56,665 nt of DNA, taken from Octopus bimaculoides. Taxonomy: Eukaryota. A program made the position numbers and the translations under genes. Below the pieces are notes generated by a model. That model saw nothing but the letters and a program-made list of their open reading frames with translations, made no database searches and had not been told where the DNA came from. The DNA lies in contig NC_068989.1 in NCBI RefSeq assembly GCF_001194135.2, forward strand, positions 82,271,737 to 82,328,401, written 5' to 3'. Below are positions 23,561-35,997 of this stretch, piece after piece (the stretch's first letter is position 1; each line of letters opens with the position of its first letter).

Positions 23561-23648
23561 GGTAAACAATATGTCTTCACAAGTTACATTTTATGACTCT
23601 AACATTCACAACAAACATGGACAATATAAATATAACAAAATGATGCAC

Positions 23649-23792
23649 AGGCATAGGAGTGGCTGTGTGGTAAGTAGCTTGCTTACCAACCACATGGTTC
23701 CAGGTTCAGTCCCACTGCGTGGCACCTTGGACAAGTATCTTCTTCTATAGCCTTCTATAGAAACTGAAAGAAACTGAAAGAAGCCCGTCGTA

Positions 23793-23829
<37 letters not shown>

Positions 23830-24175
23830 CTCCCGTAGGATTTTCGAGCGAGATCGTTGCCAGTGCCCCTGGACTGGCTTGTGCGGGTGGCACATAAAAG
23901 ACACCATTTCGAGCGTGGCCGTTTTCGTGCGGGTGACACGTAAAAGCACCCACTACACTCTCTGAGTGGTTGGCGTTAGGAAGGGCATCCAACTGCAGAA
24001 ACTCTGCCAAATTAGATTGGAGCCTGGTGTTGCCATCCGGTTTNNNNNNNNNNNNNNNNNNNNNNNNNNNNNNNNNNNNNNNNNNNNNNNNNNNNNNNNN
24101 NNNNNNCCTCAGTCAAATCGTCCAACCCATGCTAGCATGGAAAGCGGACGTTAAACGATGATGATGATGATGATG

Positions 24176-24207
<32 letters not shown>

Positions 24208-24434
24208 ATGTGTGTGTGTGTATGTTTGTGTGTCTGTGTTTGTCCCCCCAGCATCGCTTGACAACCAATGCTGGTGTGTTTACGTCCCCGTAACTTAGCA
24301 GTTCGGCAAAAGAGACCGATAAAATAAGTACTAGGCTTCCAAAGAATAAGTCCTGGGGTCGATTTGCTCGACTAAAGGTGGTGCTCCAGCATGGCCACAG
24401 TCAAATGACTGAAACAAGTAAAAGAGTAAAAGAG
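23649..24434 (+). mobile_element. SINE family A host carrying a nested family C insert
   Basis: A head at 23649-23826, A body and tail at 24178-24434. Confidence 0.9.
23827..24177 (+). mobile_element. Family C inserted in the (TA)n of SINE A, same orientation
   Basis: Flanked by (TA)n on both sides; ends GGACGTTAAACGATGATGAT. Confidence 0.88.
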
Positions 24435-24599
24435 ATTGACTTAAAGCAATCACAGGTGTAACATTTGGCCGACAGAAAGAAACAATGATGTGTATAAACA
24501 ATATGTTAAGTTCATCATGAACTTTGACCTGGCTTATTTGGCCCTCTTGATCTCTCCACAAGAAAGCACAATAGACTACAAAGAACGCAACATAGGTTG

Positions 24600-25140
24600 T
24601 ACATCATATGTGTCCACTGACCCCACAACACAATGAAAGCAAAATACTAAATATGAAAGACTATCTGAACATGCAAGAAGCACAGTTTGTTGCAGTGACC
24701 TTTGACACTAACAGTCTCTGCCATTACAAGCTGGGAGAAAAAACTCCTCCAAACACCCAAGTTACATATACAATAGCCCAAGCTGAATGTAAGTCAGGTT
24801 TTCGCACTGGACAAGGATCTAATGACTTAATATTTTCAGCTTGTTAACTGCAAGGAACTAATAATACGAATAGAGACTTGACATTTATCACTGCTTCATT
24901 GATTTCTCTAAAAACTTTAAATCCAGTGAACCATGGTGCATCGCAAACAATTCTGAGAAAAGTAAGTTATTCTGATAAATTCATGAATATGATCGGGTCC
25001 TATCTTGGTGACAGGAGATCATATGTTGTAATTGGTGGAGAATGATTTAATCTGTGGTGGTGTAAAACAAGGAGATGTGATCACTCCTACTTTATTTGCC
25101 AAATATTCCACAATAGATTTTTGCAATCACTTTCAAAGAC
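24600..25140 (+). pseudogene. RTE-clade LINE RT, N-terminal part
   Basis: ...ECKSGFRTGQGSNDLIFSAC*LQ...ILRKVSYSDKFMNMI...VVIGGE...GVKQGDVITPTLFA (frameshifted). Confidence 0.8.
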
Positions 25141-25594
25141 TGTTCTGCGTGTTGTGTTCTATTCTTGGTATTTAAATATTTCACATGAATTAGTACCCCA
25201 ACTCCTACACTGTTATCAGGTAGTAAGTTATTGATAATATCAGATTTCCGCTGAGCAATTAAATTAGTCAGGCAAAGTCTGTATGCGATTTAAAGTAGAC
25301 CACACTGAACTAAAAAGTGTGTGCACTGTTGAACAAAGAAATTAAGTCAATACGAAAATAATAGGATGATGATGATGACGATGACGACGACGATGATGAT
25401 GATGATGTTGATGATGTGTTAAGAAGAAAATGTAACATGCTTGAATGAAGAAAAGTTCACATACTTTGTAGTTCTGTGTATTAAGCCTGAGTAAAATAGT
25501 GATTCATTACAAAGAAAAATGCAAGAGAGGAAAATACATTACCTAAAATACACAGAAGAATTTTCAAGAGTCATTCACACCGTCTGATTTTATC

Positions 25595-25705
25595 TTTTAT
25601 CTTTGACTTCCTTTTGTGTTTGGACTGTGGCCATGCTGGGGCAACACCTTGAACAGCTCGACTATCAGTATTTATGTTATTGTCTCCTTTTGTTGAGCTG
25701 GTAAG
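25595..25705 (-). mobile_element. SINE family A 3' tail fragment
   Basis: GGACTGTGGCCATGCTGGGGCAACACCTTGAA. Confidence 0.6.
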
Positions 25706-25761
25706 TGGTGTATTTTCTACACTGGTGTAGTTTTGCATGTTAATGAGGAAAATCACATTAC

Positions 25762-25807
<46 letters not shown>

Positions 25808-26407
25808 TTTTTTTTTTTTTTACAGAAATTAATAATAAAAACTTACAAATATTTGAAGTAATTTTGACCAATCAAAAGCCTCCATTATCAACATGCTGGA
25901 AGTTGCACTTGTTGCTTGATTCCATAGCTAGGTGTTTGAACCAGTGCAAGCTGTAGGATTATAGTTTAGGGTTTAGGGTTAGTGTTAAAGTTTAGTGTGA
26001 CTGTAAGACTTAAGGATAAGTTTAGAACCTGGATTAAGAATTATGGTTAGGGCTAAGACTAACATTTAGGGAGGTTTACAATTAGGGTTTAGGGTTAGTG
26101 CATAACATATTGTCAGTGACTTAATGTCTTTATTTTAGAACTTTTCTTTACACTTTTTCCATTTTATATCATTAGAAGGTTATATAACATTGTCATTTTA
26201 TTTCATTAATTTTTTTCTTTTTTTAAAAGGATTTCATAATAATTTAGATTTTCTGTCATTAATTTTTTTTTTATTTATATATATAAAAAAAAAAAAAACA
26301 TCTTTCAAAGTTTTGTAATATTTTAATTTTCTTATCTTCAAAACATGGAAATTTGAACTTCCTGTATATCAATTATAGCAGCTTATGATTAGCTAAAATT
26401 TCAAACT

Positions 26408-26622
26408 TTAACCCTTTTGCAGTTAAACCAGCCAAAGCCAACACAAATATTCTACATGTTTTATGTTCACACTGTCAAAATCTGGTCTCTCGTACCATAC
26501 TTTGCCATTCTAAAACTATACAATTACGTCATTGAAGTCTTAAAGCTAGGAGATAATGCATGATTAATTTTTAAAAAATGTGACATAAATTGGACGCATA
26601 AATCTGAATGTTAAAGAGTTAA
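26408..26622 (+). mobile_element. piggyBac-like MITE family P1
   Basis: TTAA at both ends (26408-26411, 26619-26622); CCCTTT / AAAGAG termini. Confidence 0.8.
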
Positions 26623-27144
26623 AGGTTTATAACTTTATCATTGTTAATTTCTGAGAAAAATGTTAACAACCTACATTAGTGTAGAAAATTTGAACAAAAT
26701 CAGACAGTGTAAATGAAATCATGACATCTGTGGACATAAAACATTTAAGAACTGGAATATGTGATAAATATGAATGATGAGCATGAGAAAATATTTTTTA
26801 CAGTGTCACTGGTCAGTATTGCAACAATCGCTGATAAAATATTGAACCTGTTGGCTCTTATACGAAACAGGTTGTTCAAATATAGTTACAAAAGATAATC
26901 ACTCCAAAATTAAAAATAATTAAGAACATGGCATAGTTGTCAACCATGATTGGTTGAAATGGAATTAAAATAGTGTTTAGGTGACATGTAGTGAAAAAAA
27001 AAAACAGTTCTGGAAACAGCTTTGAAAGTGAATTTGACAGAAAATGCTAGTCCATTTTCATTGGTTAAAACTAGTCATATGATGTACAAAAATAAACAGC
27101 ATGTTTCAGCCATTTTTTGATGTTAAGTTCTGCACAGATCAGAA

Positions 27145-27775
27145 AATCACTACAGAGTATTTATCTCTATTACTGAACAACTAAATACAAAGTTCTTCAT
27201 TCTCAAATGGCTTAATCCTAAATCACACGCATTTGTATCTCTGATAAGAGATCTCTTATATGTTGATGATTGTGATATCACCACACACAATGAAAATGTT
27301 CTTCAAACTCCAATGGATAATATTTCATTGGTATGTAACATGTTATGCCTCACAATAAATCTTGATAAAATTATTGTTCTTTATCAGTCTGCCTTGGAAA
27401 GCCTCATGTATTCCTAAAATAACAGCATAGAGGTATAACTCTGAAAAAAACATACCTTCTATCAAATATCTTGGCAGCCTACTCGAATAGAGATCAACAC
27501 CTTGAAATTGCAAGCAGAATTTTTAAAAATCATGGATATTGCTTGAAAATAAAATCTTTGGGCTAAATTCTTTAAAAAACATCACTAAAAGATCTATTTT
27601 CAGACAATATATTTTTAGCTTTGTTATATTAGCTGTTACGCATGGACATTTGAAAATTTGTCAGTTGGAGCTTTTTCAGCAAAGTGTCTTTGACAAAGAT
27701 ATTTATCTTGAAGAGACCATACAAGTGGTATTGTGGTTGTAGTGGGAGGACCTTGCCGGAAGTATAGTGTTAATA
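27145..27775 (+). pseudogene. RTE-clade LINE RT, C-terminal part
   Basis: KFFILKWLNPKSHAFVSLIRDLLYVDDCDITTHNENVLQ...LTINLDKIIVLYQSA; YVDD at 27259-27270. Confidence 0.85.
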
Positions 27776-27894
27776 ACATTACGTGAGTGGTTAAGGGGTT
27801 AGTGGCTAGGGGTTAGTGACATCAAAGTGGAAGGACAACCAGTGTGGGGGTCTCTTCAAACAGACATGTTTGCTGTGTGAGCTCCACAATTAAA

Positions 27895-28336
27895 AATGGA
27901 AATTATAGTTGTGGCCGATGCCAGTGCTGCGCTGACTGGCTCCTGTCCTGGTAGCCTGCAATAAGTACCATTCATGCATGGGTCGTTGGCAGTGCTCCCT
28001 GACTGGCTCACTGTGCCTGTGGTATGTAAAAAGCGCCATCCAAATGTGGTCGATGCTAGACCCCCTGCTCCGACTGGCTCCTGTGCCGGTAGCCTGTGAA
28101 AAGCACCATCTGAACATGGTCGATGCCAGTGCTGCCTGACTGGCTCCCATGCCGGTGGCACATTAAAAGCACCCACAACACTCTCTTGGAGTGGTTGACA
28201 TTAGGAAGGGCATCCACTTGTAGAAATATTGCCAGATCAGATTGGAACCTGGTGCAGCCTCCTGGCTTGCCAGTCCCCAGTCAAACCGTCCAACCCATGC
28301 CAGCATGGAAAAGGACATTAAACGATGATGATGATG
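27895..28336 (+). mobile_element. Family C, older copy with several internal repeat units
   Basis: Units CTGACTGGCTCC.GTGCC.GT...AAAAGCACCATC; tail GCATGGAAAAGGACATTAAACGATGATGAT. Confidence 0.85.
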
Positions 28337-28889
28337 TTGTTCTGGCCAAATGCTATGCCACTTGGGCTCTCATGGATATAATCTACCTGGACAAGATCAG
28401 TGTTAGGCAAGTATCCACGAGGTAGGTGAGCTACACTTTTTCCCTTACAACAGTGGATTTGGAGGTACTTAAGGAATATTTTGGACATGGAAACTCTCTT
28501 TTAACTGAGGTAACACAGGGAGGTGGGTAGGCCATATGGCTTGTATGGAAGATGAAAGAATTCAAAAGAAATTCCTGAGAACTGTATTCTAATAACTCAC
28601 AGCAAACTAAAATTAAGCTACAAATATCACTTTAGATCTAACCCGAAATGAGTAATAATCATATGGAAAGTTGGGGAAAATGCTGTTGATAAAGCATGAT
28701 GGAGAAAACTATATTCTAAACCGTCAAGAATTTTGACGAGAACTGTGTTAATTACACAAATGGTAATGAGATATGAGGAAAGAAACCTCAAAGATATTAA
28801 TAAATTAATAATCTTTTCAATGTTCAACTTGTAATTCAGTCTGTCTTCTCTCTCTATTTTCGTAGTGTATGTATGCATGCATTGATGTA

Positions 28890-29500
28890 TATCATCATCA
28901 TCATCATCATCATCATCGTCATCGTCGTTGTCGTCGTTGTCGTCATCGTCATTGTCTTTTAACGCCTGTTTTCCATGCTGGCATGGGTTGGATGGTTCGA
29001 CTGGGGTCTTGGAAGCCAGGAGGCCACACTAGGCTCCAGTTTGATCTGGCAAGGTTTCTACAGCTGGATGCCTTTCCTAATGCCAACCACTCCGAGAGTG
29101 TAGTGGGTGCTTTTTACATACCACCAGCACGGGGGCCAGTCAGGTGACACTGGTATCAGCCATGTTCAGATGGTGTTTTTTAAGGAGCCAGTCTGGGCAG
29201 GGGGGGGGGGTTTGGCTTTGATCATATTTGGATGGTGCTTTTTATGTGCCACCTGCACGGGGAGCCAATCAAGCGGCACTAGCAACAACCCTCACATGAA
29301 TGGTGCTTATTACATGCCACTAGCATGGGAGCCAGTCAGGTGGCTCATTGCTTCTGTAGGGCCCAACGGTCAAAAGGTGCTTTTTATGTGCCATTGCCAC
29401 TGGTTATGCAACACTGGCATTGGCCATATTTCCTCCATGAGGCCCAACGCTCCACAGGTGCTATTTATGCGCCTCCGGCACGGGTGCCAGATGCCTCCAT
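28890..29500 (-). mobile_element. Family C, older copy with about 6 internal repeat units
   Basis: (CAT/CGT)n tail at 28890-28955; GGTG.T.TT. unit starts at about 29106, 29170, 29232, 29301, 29376 and 29457. Confidence 0.85.
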
Positions 29501-29520
29501 GAGGCTTTTTCTGATAGATA

Positions 29521-29797
29521 CTCTTACTCTTTACTCTTTTACTTGTTTCAGTCATTTGACTGCGGCCATGCTGGAGCACCGCTTTTAGTCAAGAAAATCG
29601 ACCCCAGGACTTATTCTTTGTAAGTCTAGTACTTATTCTATCGGTCTCTTATGCCGAACCACTAAGTTACGGGGACGTAAACACACCAGCATCGGTTGTC
29701 AAGCGATGGTGGAGGGACAAATACAGACACACAAACACACATACATATATATATATACATATACATATACACGACGGGCTTCTTTCAGTTTCCATCT
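29521..29797 (-). mobile_element. SINE family A (head lost in gap)
   Basis: Tail CTCTTACTCTTTACTCTTTTAC, body and microsatellite. Confidence 0.9.
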
Positions 29798-30885
29798 NNN
29801 NNNNNNNNNNNNNNNNNNNNNNNNNNNNNNNNNNNNNNNNNNNNNNNNNNNNNNNNNNNNNNNNNNNNNNNNNNNNNNNNNNNNNNNNNNNNNNNNNNNN
29901 NNNNNNNNNNNNNNNNNNNNNNNNNNNNNNNNNNNNNNNNNNNNNNNNNNNNNNNNNNNNNNNNNNNNNNNNNNNNNNNNNNNNNNNNNNNNNNNNNNNN
30001 NNNNNNNNNNNNNNNNNNNNNNNNNNNNNNNNNNNNNNNNNNNNNNNNNNNNNNNNNNNNNNNNNNNNNNNNNNNNNNNNNNNNNNNNNNNNNNNNNNNN
30101 NNNNNNNNNNNNNNNNNNNNNNNNNNNNNNNNNNNNNNNNNNNNNNNNNNNNNNNNNNNNNNNNNNNNNNNNNNNNNNNNNNNNNNNNNNNNNNNNNNNN
30201 NNNNNNNNNNNNNNNNNNNNNNNNNNNNNNNNNNNNNNNNNNNNNNNNNNNNNNNNNNNNNNNNNNNNNNNNNNNNNNNNNNNNNNNNNNNNNNNNNNNN
30301 NNNNNNNNNNNNNNNNNNNNNNNNNNNNNNNNNNNNNNNNNNNNNNNNNNNNNNNNNNNNNNNNNNNNNNNNNNNNNNNNNNNNNNNNNNNNNNNNNNNN
30401 NNNNNNNNNNNNNNNNNNNNNNNNNNNNNNNNNNNNNNNNNNNNNNNNNNNNNNNNNNNNNNNNNNNNNNNNNNNNNNNNNNNNNNNNNNNNNNNNNNNN
30501 NNNNNNNNNNNNNNNNNNNNNNNNNNNNNNNNNNNNNNNNNNNNNNNNNNNNNNNNNNNNNNNNNNNNNNNNNNNNNNNNNNNNNNNNNNNNNNNNNNNN
30601 NNNNNNNNNNNNNNNNNNCGATATGCACCGTTACAGCGCTAACTGTTTTCAACTGAATAGACGTCAGTGATTAGTAGAAATTATCGAAATAAGACAATTT
30701 TTTACATGAAATAAATTCGAATACAAAATTTTTTTTCTGTTCTATAACACAAAATAGATAAGTATACGAAGTTTGAAAGTCTTTCGGTACCAAAAACACT
30801 ACATAAAACATAAATGAAAACTGGTGCCCCCGTTTTGAAATAGATCCACATGATTCAATAAATGTACGTAATGGTATTGTGTGAA

Positions 30886-30917
<32 letters not shown>

Positions 30918-31434
30918 CATATGTTTATATCTATGTTTTTGCCTTTGCGTGTGTGTGTGTCGTGTAGTAAATGTGTCACAGTGAGGATCTGATGTAAATG
31001 ATGGAGTAAAAGCAAAGATTAAGAAACTCTTAAGACACAACTTTCCAAGTTTGATGACGTCATGAGAAACAAGGGAGAGAATTCGGTGTCGGTGGTGATA
31101 GAGAAAACAGAGAAGAGAAAAAGAAAGAGTGAAAGAGAGAGAGAGAGAGTATAAGGCTATGAGGTGAAGAGATAATTTAATATCTCACTCATCCCTATCT
31201 CTTCTCTTTCCTCTCTCTCTCTCCTCCTTCTGTTATCTGTCTCTTCCCCTCTTCTTATCTCATTATCATAACTTCAGTCGCTTCTTCAACTCCACCCTTA
31301 ATTTTTTATCGTTTACTCCAGCAATCCCCCCAACCTTTTTCACACCACGAACTGGTTTCATGTGAGACAGTTTTGCCACAGACCATGAGTCGCATGTATA
31401 AGAAAACAATAAAATGTGTCATATATAATTTAAT

Positions 31435-31600
31435 TACAGTAATCCCTCACAATATTTCGTGGTTCACCTATCGCGGTTCATCTACCGCGGTTCACCTATC
31501 GCGGTTCATCTACCACGGTTTATTATTTAAGCTTACGTTGATTCCTCTGTGGTGTTGTTTTGCATTTATAATAAAATAAATACATACAAATTATAAAAAT
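31435..31600 (+). mobile_element. pogo/Tigger-like MITE left end with 14-bp subterminal repeats
   Basis: TA-CAGTAATCCCTC start; (T/C)CG(C/T)GGTTCA(C/T)CTA x about 4.7 at 31457-31521; cut by SINE A. Confidence 0.6.
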
Positions 31601-31603
31601 ATG

Positions 31604-31773
31604 TGCAGGAGTGGCTGTGTGGTAAGTAGCTTGTTTAGCAACCACATAGTTCCGGGTTCAGTCCGACTGTGTGGCACCTTGGGCAAGTGTCTTCTACTAT
31701 AGTCTCGGGCCAACCAAAGCCTTGTGAGTGGATTTGGTAGGCAGAAACTGAAAGAAGCCCGTTGTATGTATGT
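31604..31773 (+). mobile_element. SINE family A, 5' half
   Basis: GCAGGAGTGGCTGTGTGG head running to the gap. Confidence 0.9.
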
Positions 31774-32078
31774 NNNNNNNNNNNNNNNNNNNNNNNNNNN
31801 NNNNNNNNNNNNNNNNNNNNNNNNNNNNNNNNNNNNNNNNNNNNNNNNNNNNNNNNNNNNNNNNNNNNNNNNNNNNNNNNNNNNNNNNNNNNNNNNNNNN
31901 NNNNNNNNNNNNNNNNNNNNNNNNNNNNNNNNNNNNNNNNNNNNNNNNNNNNNNNNNNNNNNNNNNNNNNNNNNNNNNNNNNNNNNNNNNNNNNNNNNNN
32001 NNNNNNNNNNNNNNNNNNNNNNNNNNNNNNNNNNNNNNNNNNNNNNNNNNNNNNNNNNNNNNNNNNNNNTATATATAT

Positions 32079-32460
32079 CTTCTTTTATTTGTTTCAGTCA
32101 TTTGACTGCGGCCATGCTGGAGCACCGCCTTTAGTCAAACAAATCGACCCCAGGACTTACTGTTGGTGAGCCTAGTACTTATTCTATTGGTCTCTTTTGC
32201 AGAACTGCTAAGTTTCAGGGATGTAGACACGCCATCATCAGTTGTCAAGCAAGGGTGGGGGTACAAACACAGACATGCAAACACACATACACACACACAC
32301 ATGATGGGCTCCTTTCAGTTTCCGTTTACCAAATCCATTCACAAGGCTTTGGTCAGCTCGAGGCTATAGTAGAAGACACACTTGCCCAAAGTGCCACACA
32401 GTGGGATTGAACCCAGAACTATGTGGTTGGTAGCGAGCTACTTACCACACAGTCACTCAT
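32079..32460 (-). mobile_element. SINE family A, near full length
   Basis: Colinear with the other A copies. Confidence 0.88.
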
Positions 32461-32557
32461 TACGCGCAGGGCACACCCATATATACACACATGCGTACAC
32501 ACACATGCGTACACACACATAGACACGCATACACGCACACATATATATGTATGTATG

Positions 32558-32623
<66 letters not shown>

Positions 32624-32629
32624 TTTGTC

Positions 32630-32818
32630 TGTGTATGTGTGTTTGTCCTTGCGTTTGTACTTGTCCTTCCATCACTGCTTGACAACCAGCTTGTTGACGT
32701 CCCCGTAACTTAGCGGTTTAGCAAAAGAAAGTGATGGAGTAAGTACTCGGCTTCAAAATAAGTACCGGGGTCAATTTTTTGGGCTAAACCCTTCAAGGCA
32801 GTGCCCCAGCACGGCCGT
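32630..32818 (+). mobile_element. SINE family A, 3' half
   Basis: CACTGCTTGACAACC...GTCCCCGTAACTTAGCGG...CCCCAGCACGGCCG. Confidence 0.75.
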
Positions 32819-34079
32819 AGAGCGAACAGTTGGCTAAGGGGTTAGGGCATTCGCCTCATAATCGTAAGGTCATTCGTCTCACGCACGGACGCACGCACGC
32901 GCGCGCACGTACACACGCATGCATGCACAAACACACACACGTCCACACAAACACGCACACACAAAATATACAAACCTACATATACCAAGATATAAACATA
33001 CACGCACGTATACACAAATACATACACCCACAACACATACATAACCATTTCATACATACAGACACACACACACACACACGCATTACGTAGAGGCACACCC
33101 ATATATATATACACGCGTACACACATAGGCACGAACACACATCACATACACAAACGTTCTCACATAAACAAGACCAAAAGATCCTCTTCGTTGTTGGTCG
33201 ATATGTTAGAAATAATGGATAAATTTCTCTTGGATCGTAACTAACTTCCTTAAGAAAACGAAGGCTACATTGGATAATGAAAACCAAGGTACACAATATG
33301 TAAAATCGGTCAGGCTAGTCATGGCTGGAGGGATGTCGACCATCTATCGGTTGGATTAAGAATGATTAACAAATACGTAATCTAAATTCATTCTCGGGTA
33401 CTGATGTAAGAAAACGATGTAATAATGGTATAAGGGAAATAACTCTTTAAATTCTGAATTGAATTACTCCCCTTATATCATATACCTATTATATTTTCTG
33501 GTGTATTATCGTATCGCCTCTCCGGCTTTCAGAAACCCGGGGATGCGATGGAATGTCGTGCTATACCCTGTATGGAGCAAACATCTTGGTTTTGAAGTTG
33601 ATTAATCTGATTTAGAAATGTATTAAATTGTATTTGTATCTATTAAATAAAATCATGTTCTTTACATTTCTTCGTTTGATTTTCAACCTTTCAACATTCT
33701 ATTGTATACATCGTACGGTATGATATATTTAAAAAATTTTAAGTGGATTAATAAATATTAAACACGCCCTCCTTTGGAAGAGTATCAATTGCATCTGTTA
33801 AATACAATTTTATATTTTTACTATGTATCTAGACACTTTTTCCGGAAAACCGGAAAATCCAGGTACCCGCGAGACTTTTAGCCCCAAGCTTGCCGGATCG
33901 AGTAATTCAAAGTTGGTGAAGGCCTTTACCAGCCATCAGAAGCACCGACAAAAATGAAGATATACAAACGGAGAAAAAAAAAAAAGCTCAGAGACGAGGG
34001 GGATATTTCCTTGTTAATGAGGTTTCTTGCAAATTCTTCAAATCAATTCTAGATTTTCTTCACCAACAGGTCCAGCAGT

Positions 34080-34245
34080 TTTTGAGGGAAGGGGCAAGTC
34101 GATTACAGCGATCTCCGTTCTTGACAGTTACTTGTTTTACCGACTGTGAAAGGATAGGTTGACCTTGGGAGAATTTGAGCTCAGAACATAAAGACCGACT
34201 AAATGCCGCTAAGCACTTCAGCTGGCATGTTAACGGTTCTGCCAG
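34080..34245 (-). mobile_element. SINE family B, diverged
   Basis: GAATTTGAGCTCAGAAC...GCTAAGCA...TAACGGTTCTGCCAGC on the plus strand. Confidence 0.7.
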
Positions 34246-34270
34246 CGGTTTAACCAGAGTAAATAATATT

Positions 34271-34680
34271 CTTTTATTCTTTCTTTTATTCTTTGACTTG
34301 TTTCAGTCATTTGACTGCAGCCATGCTGGAGCACCGCCTTTAGTCGAGCAAATCCACCCCAGGACTTATTCTTTGTAAGCCTATTACTTATTCTATCAGT
34401 CTCTTTTGCCGAACCGCTAAGTTACGAGGACACACCAGCATCGGTTGCCAAGCGATGGTGGGGGGACAAACACAGACACACAAACAAACATATACATATA
34501 TACATATACATATATACGACGGGCTTCTTCCAGTTTCCGTCTACCAAATCCACTCACAAGGCTTTGGTCGGCCCGAGGCTATAGTAGAAGACACTTGCTC
34601 AGGGTGCCACACAGTGGGACTGAACCCGGAACCATGTGGTTGGTAAGCAAGCTACTTACCCCACAGCCACTCCTGCGCCT
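34271..34680 (-). mobile_element. SINE family A, full length, young
   Basis: Complete head to tail with CpGs retained. Confidence 0.92.
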
Positions 34681-34822
34681 ATAGTATATTTTATTTAATG
34701 ATTGTCTAACTTTTACTTCTGTAAAGTGAAATTTATGTTTAACTGAGGATGTCTAACAACTGAAACATGTTAGGACTTGTCTCCCTTATTTGCTGCTATC
34801 TTAAAAAAAATAATTTTTCCTC

Positions 34823-35047
34823 ATTACATAATTCTATTCTACTCTAGGCATAAGGCCCGAAACGTTTGGGGAGGGGGCCAGTCGATTAGATCGACCCCAG
34901 TACGCAACTGGTACTTAATTTATCGACCCTGGAAGGATAGAAGGTAAAGTCAACCTCGGCTGAATTTGAACTCAGAACATAAAAACAGACGAAATACCGC
35001 TAAGCATTTCGCCCGGCGTGCTAACGTTTCTGCCAGCTCGTCGCCTT
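34823..35047 (-). mobile_element. SINE family B, full length, young
   Basis: Complete; TTTCCTCATTACATAATT is repeated on both flanks (about 34815 and 35048), a probable TSD. Confidence 0.9.
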
Positions 35048-35202
35048 TTTCCTCATTACATAATTATTTCTAATTAGTGTGTAGTGATTATAACCGTCTT
35101 ATAATCCATCTCAGCAAACTTTTTCTCAATTACAACTTTAATCTTTATACCCTCCAACACCGTTAGCTATTTACGAAAACATCGAGTTGTTCTAGAAAAA
35201 GG

Positions 35203-35520
35203 AGCACTCCGTCGGTTACGACGACGAGTGTCCCAGCTGATACGATCAACGGAACAGCCTGCTCGTGAAATTAACGTGCAAGAGACTGAGCACTCCACAG
35301 ACACGTGTACCCCTAACGCAGTTCTCAGGGAGACTCAGCGTGAAACATAGCGTGACAAGGTTGGCCCTTTGAAATACAGGTACAACTCATTTTTGCCAGA
35401 TGAGTGGACTGGAGCAACGTGAAATAAAATGTCTTGCTCAAGGACACAACGCGCTGCCGGGAATCGAACTTACGACCTTATGATCGTGAGCCGAATGCTC
35501 TAACCACTAAGCCACGCGCC
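35203..35520 (-). mobile_element. SINE family E2 (tRNA head + CORE-like + E body)
   Basis: Minus strand GGCGCGTGGCTTAGTGGTTAGAGC...GTTCGATTCCCGG...TGTCCTTGAGCAAGACA; 3' half shared with E1. Confidence 0.9.
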
Positions 35521-35625
35521 TGCACTCTAAAAAAAAAAAAAGAAAAAGAAAAAAAAACGACAAGGAAACATTAAAATTTAACCCGAACATCCTGTATATA
35601 ATTATGTGTGTAGGTGTATTTTTTA

Positions 35626-35942
35626 AAACTATCTATCTATCTACCTATCTAATCTATCTATCTATCTATCTATCTATGTGTTCGTATCTATGTGTTCGTA
35701 TCTATGTCTCTCTCTCTCTCTCTCTATCCGTCCGTCCGTCCGTCTGTCTGTCTGTCTCTGTCTGTCTGTGTGTCTGTCTGTCTGTCTCTCTGTGTCTGTC
35801 TCTCTGTGTTTGTCTCTCTGTGTCTGTCTGTCTCTCTCTCCCTGTCTCTGTCTGTCTGTCTCTCTGTGTCTGTCTCTCTGTGTCTGTCTCTCTCTCTCTC
35901 CCTGTCTCTGTCTGTCTGTCTGTCTGTCTCTCTTTCTCTCTT

Positions 35943-35997
<55 letters not shown>

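Noticed and set aside
27895-29500. Regularly spaced repeats resembling a CRISPR array
   Set aside because: Units are degenerate along their whole length with no unique spacers, lie inside a retroposon, and no cas genes are present in this eukaryotic context
33170-33760. Possible PLE endonuclease or other coding remnant
   Set aside because: No motif recovered in the minus-strand frames I translated by eye; left unannotated
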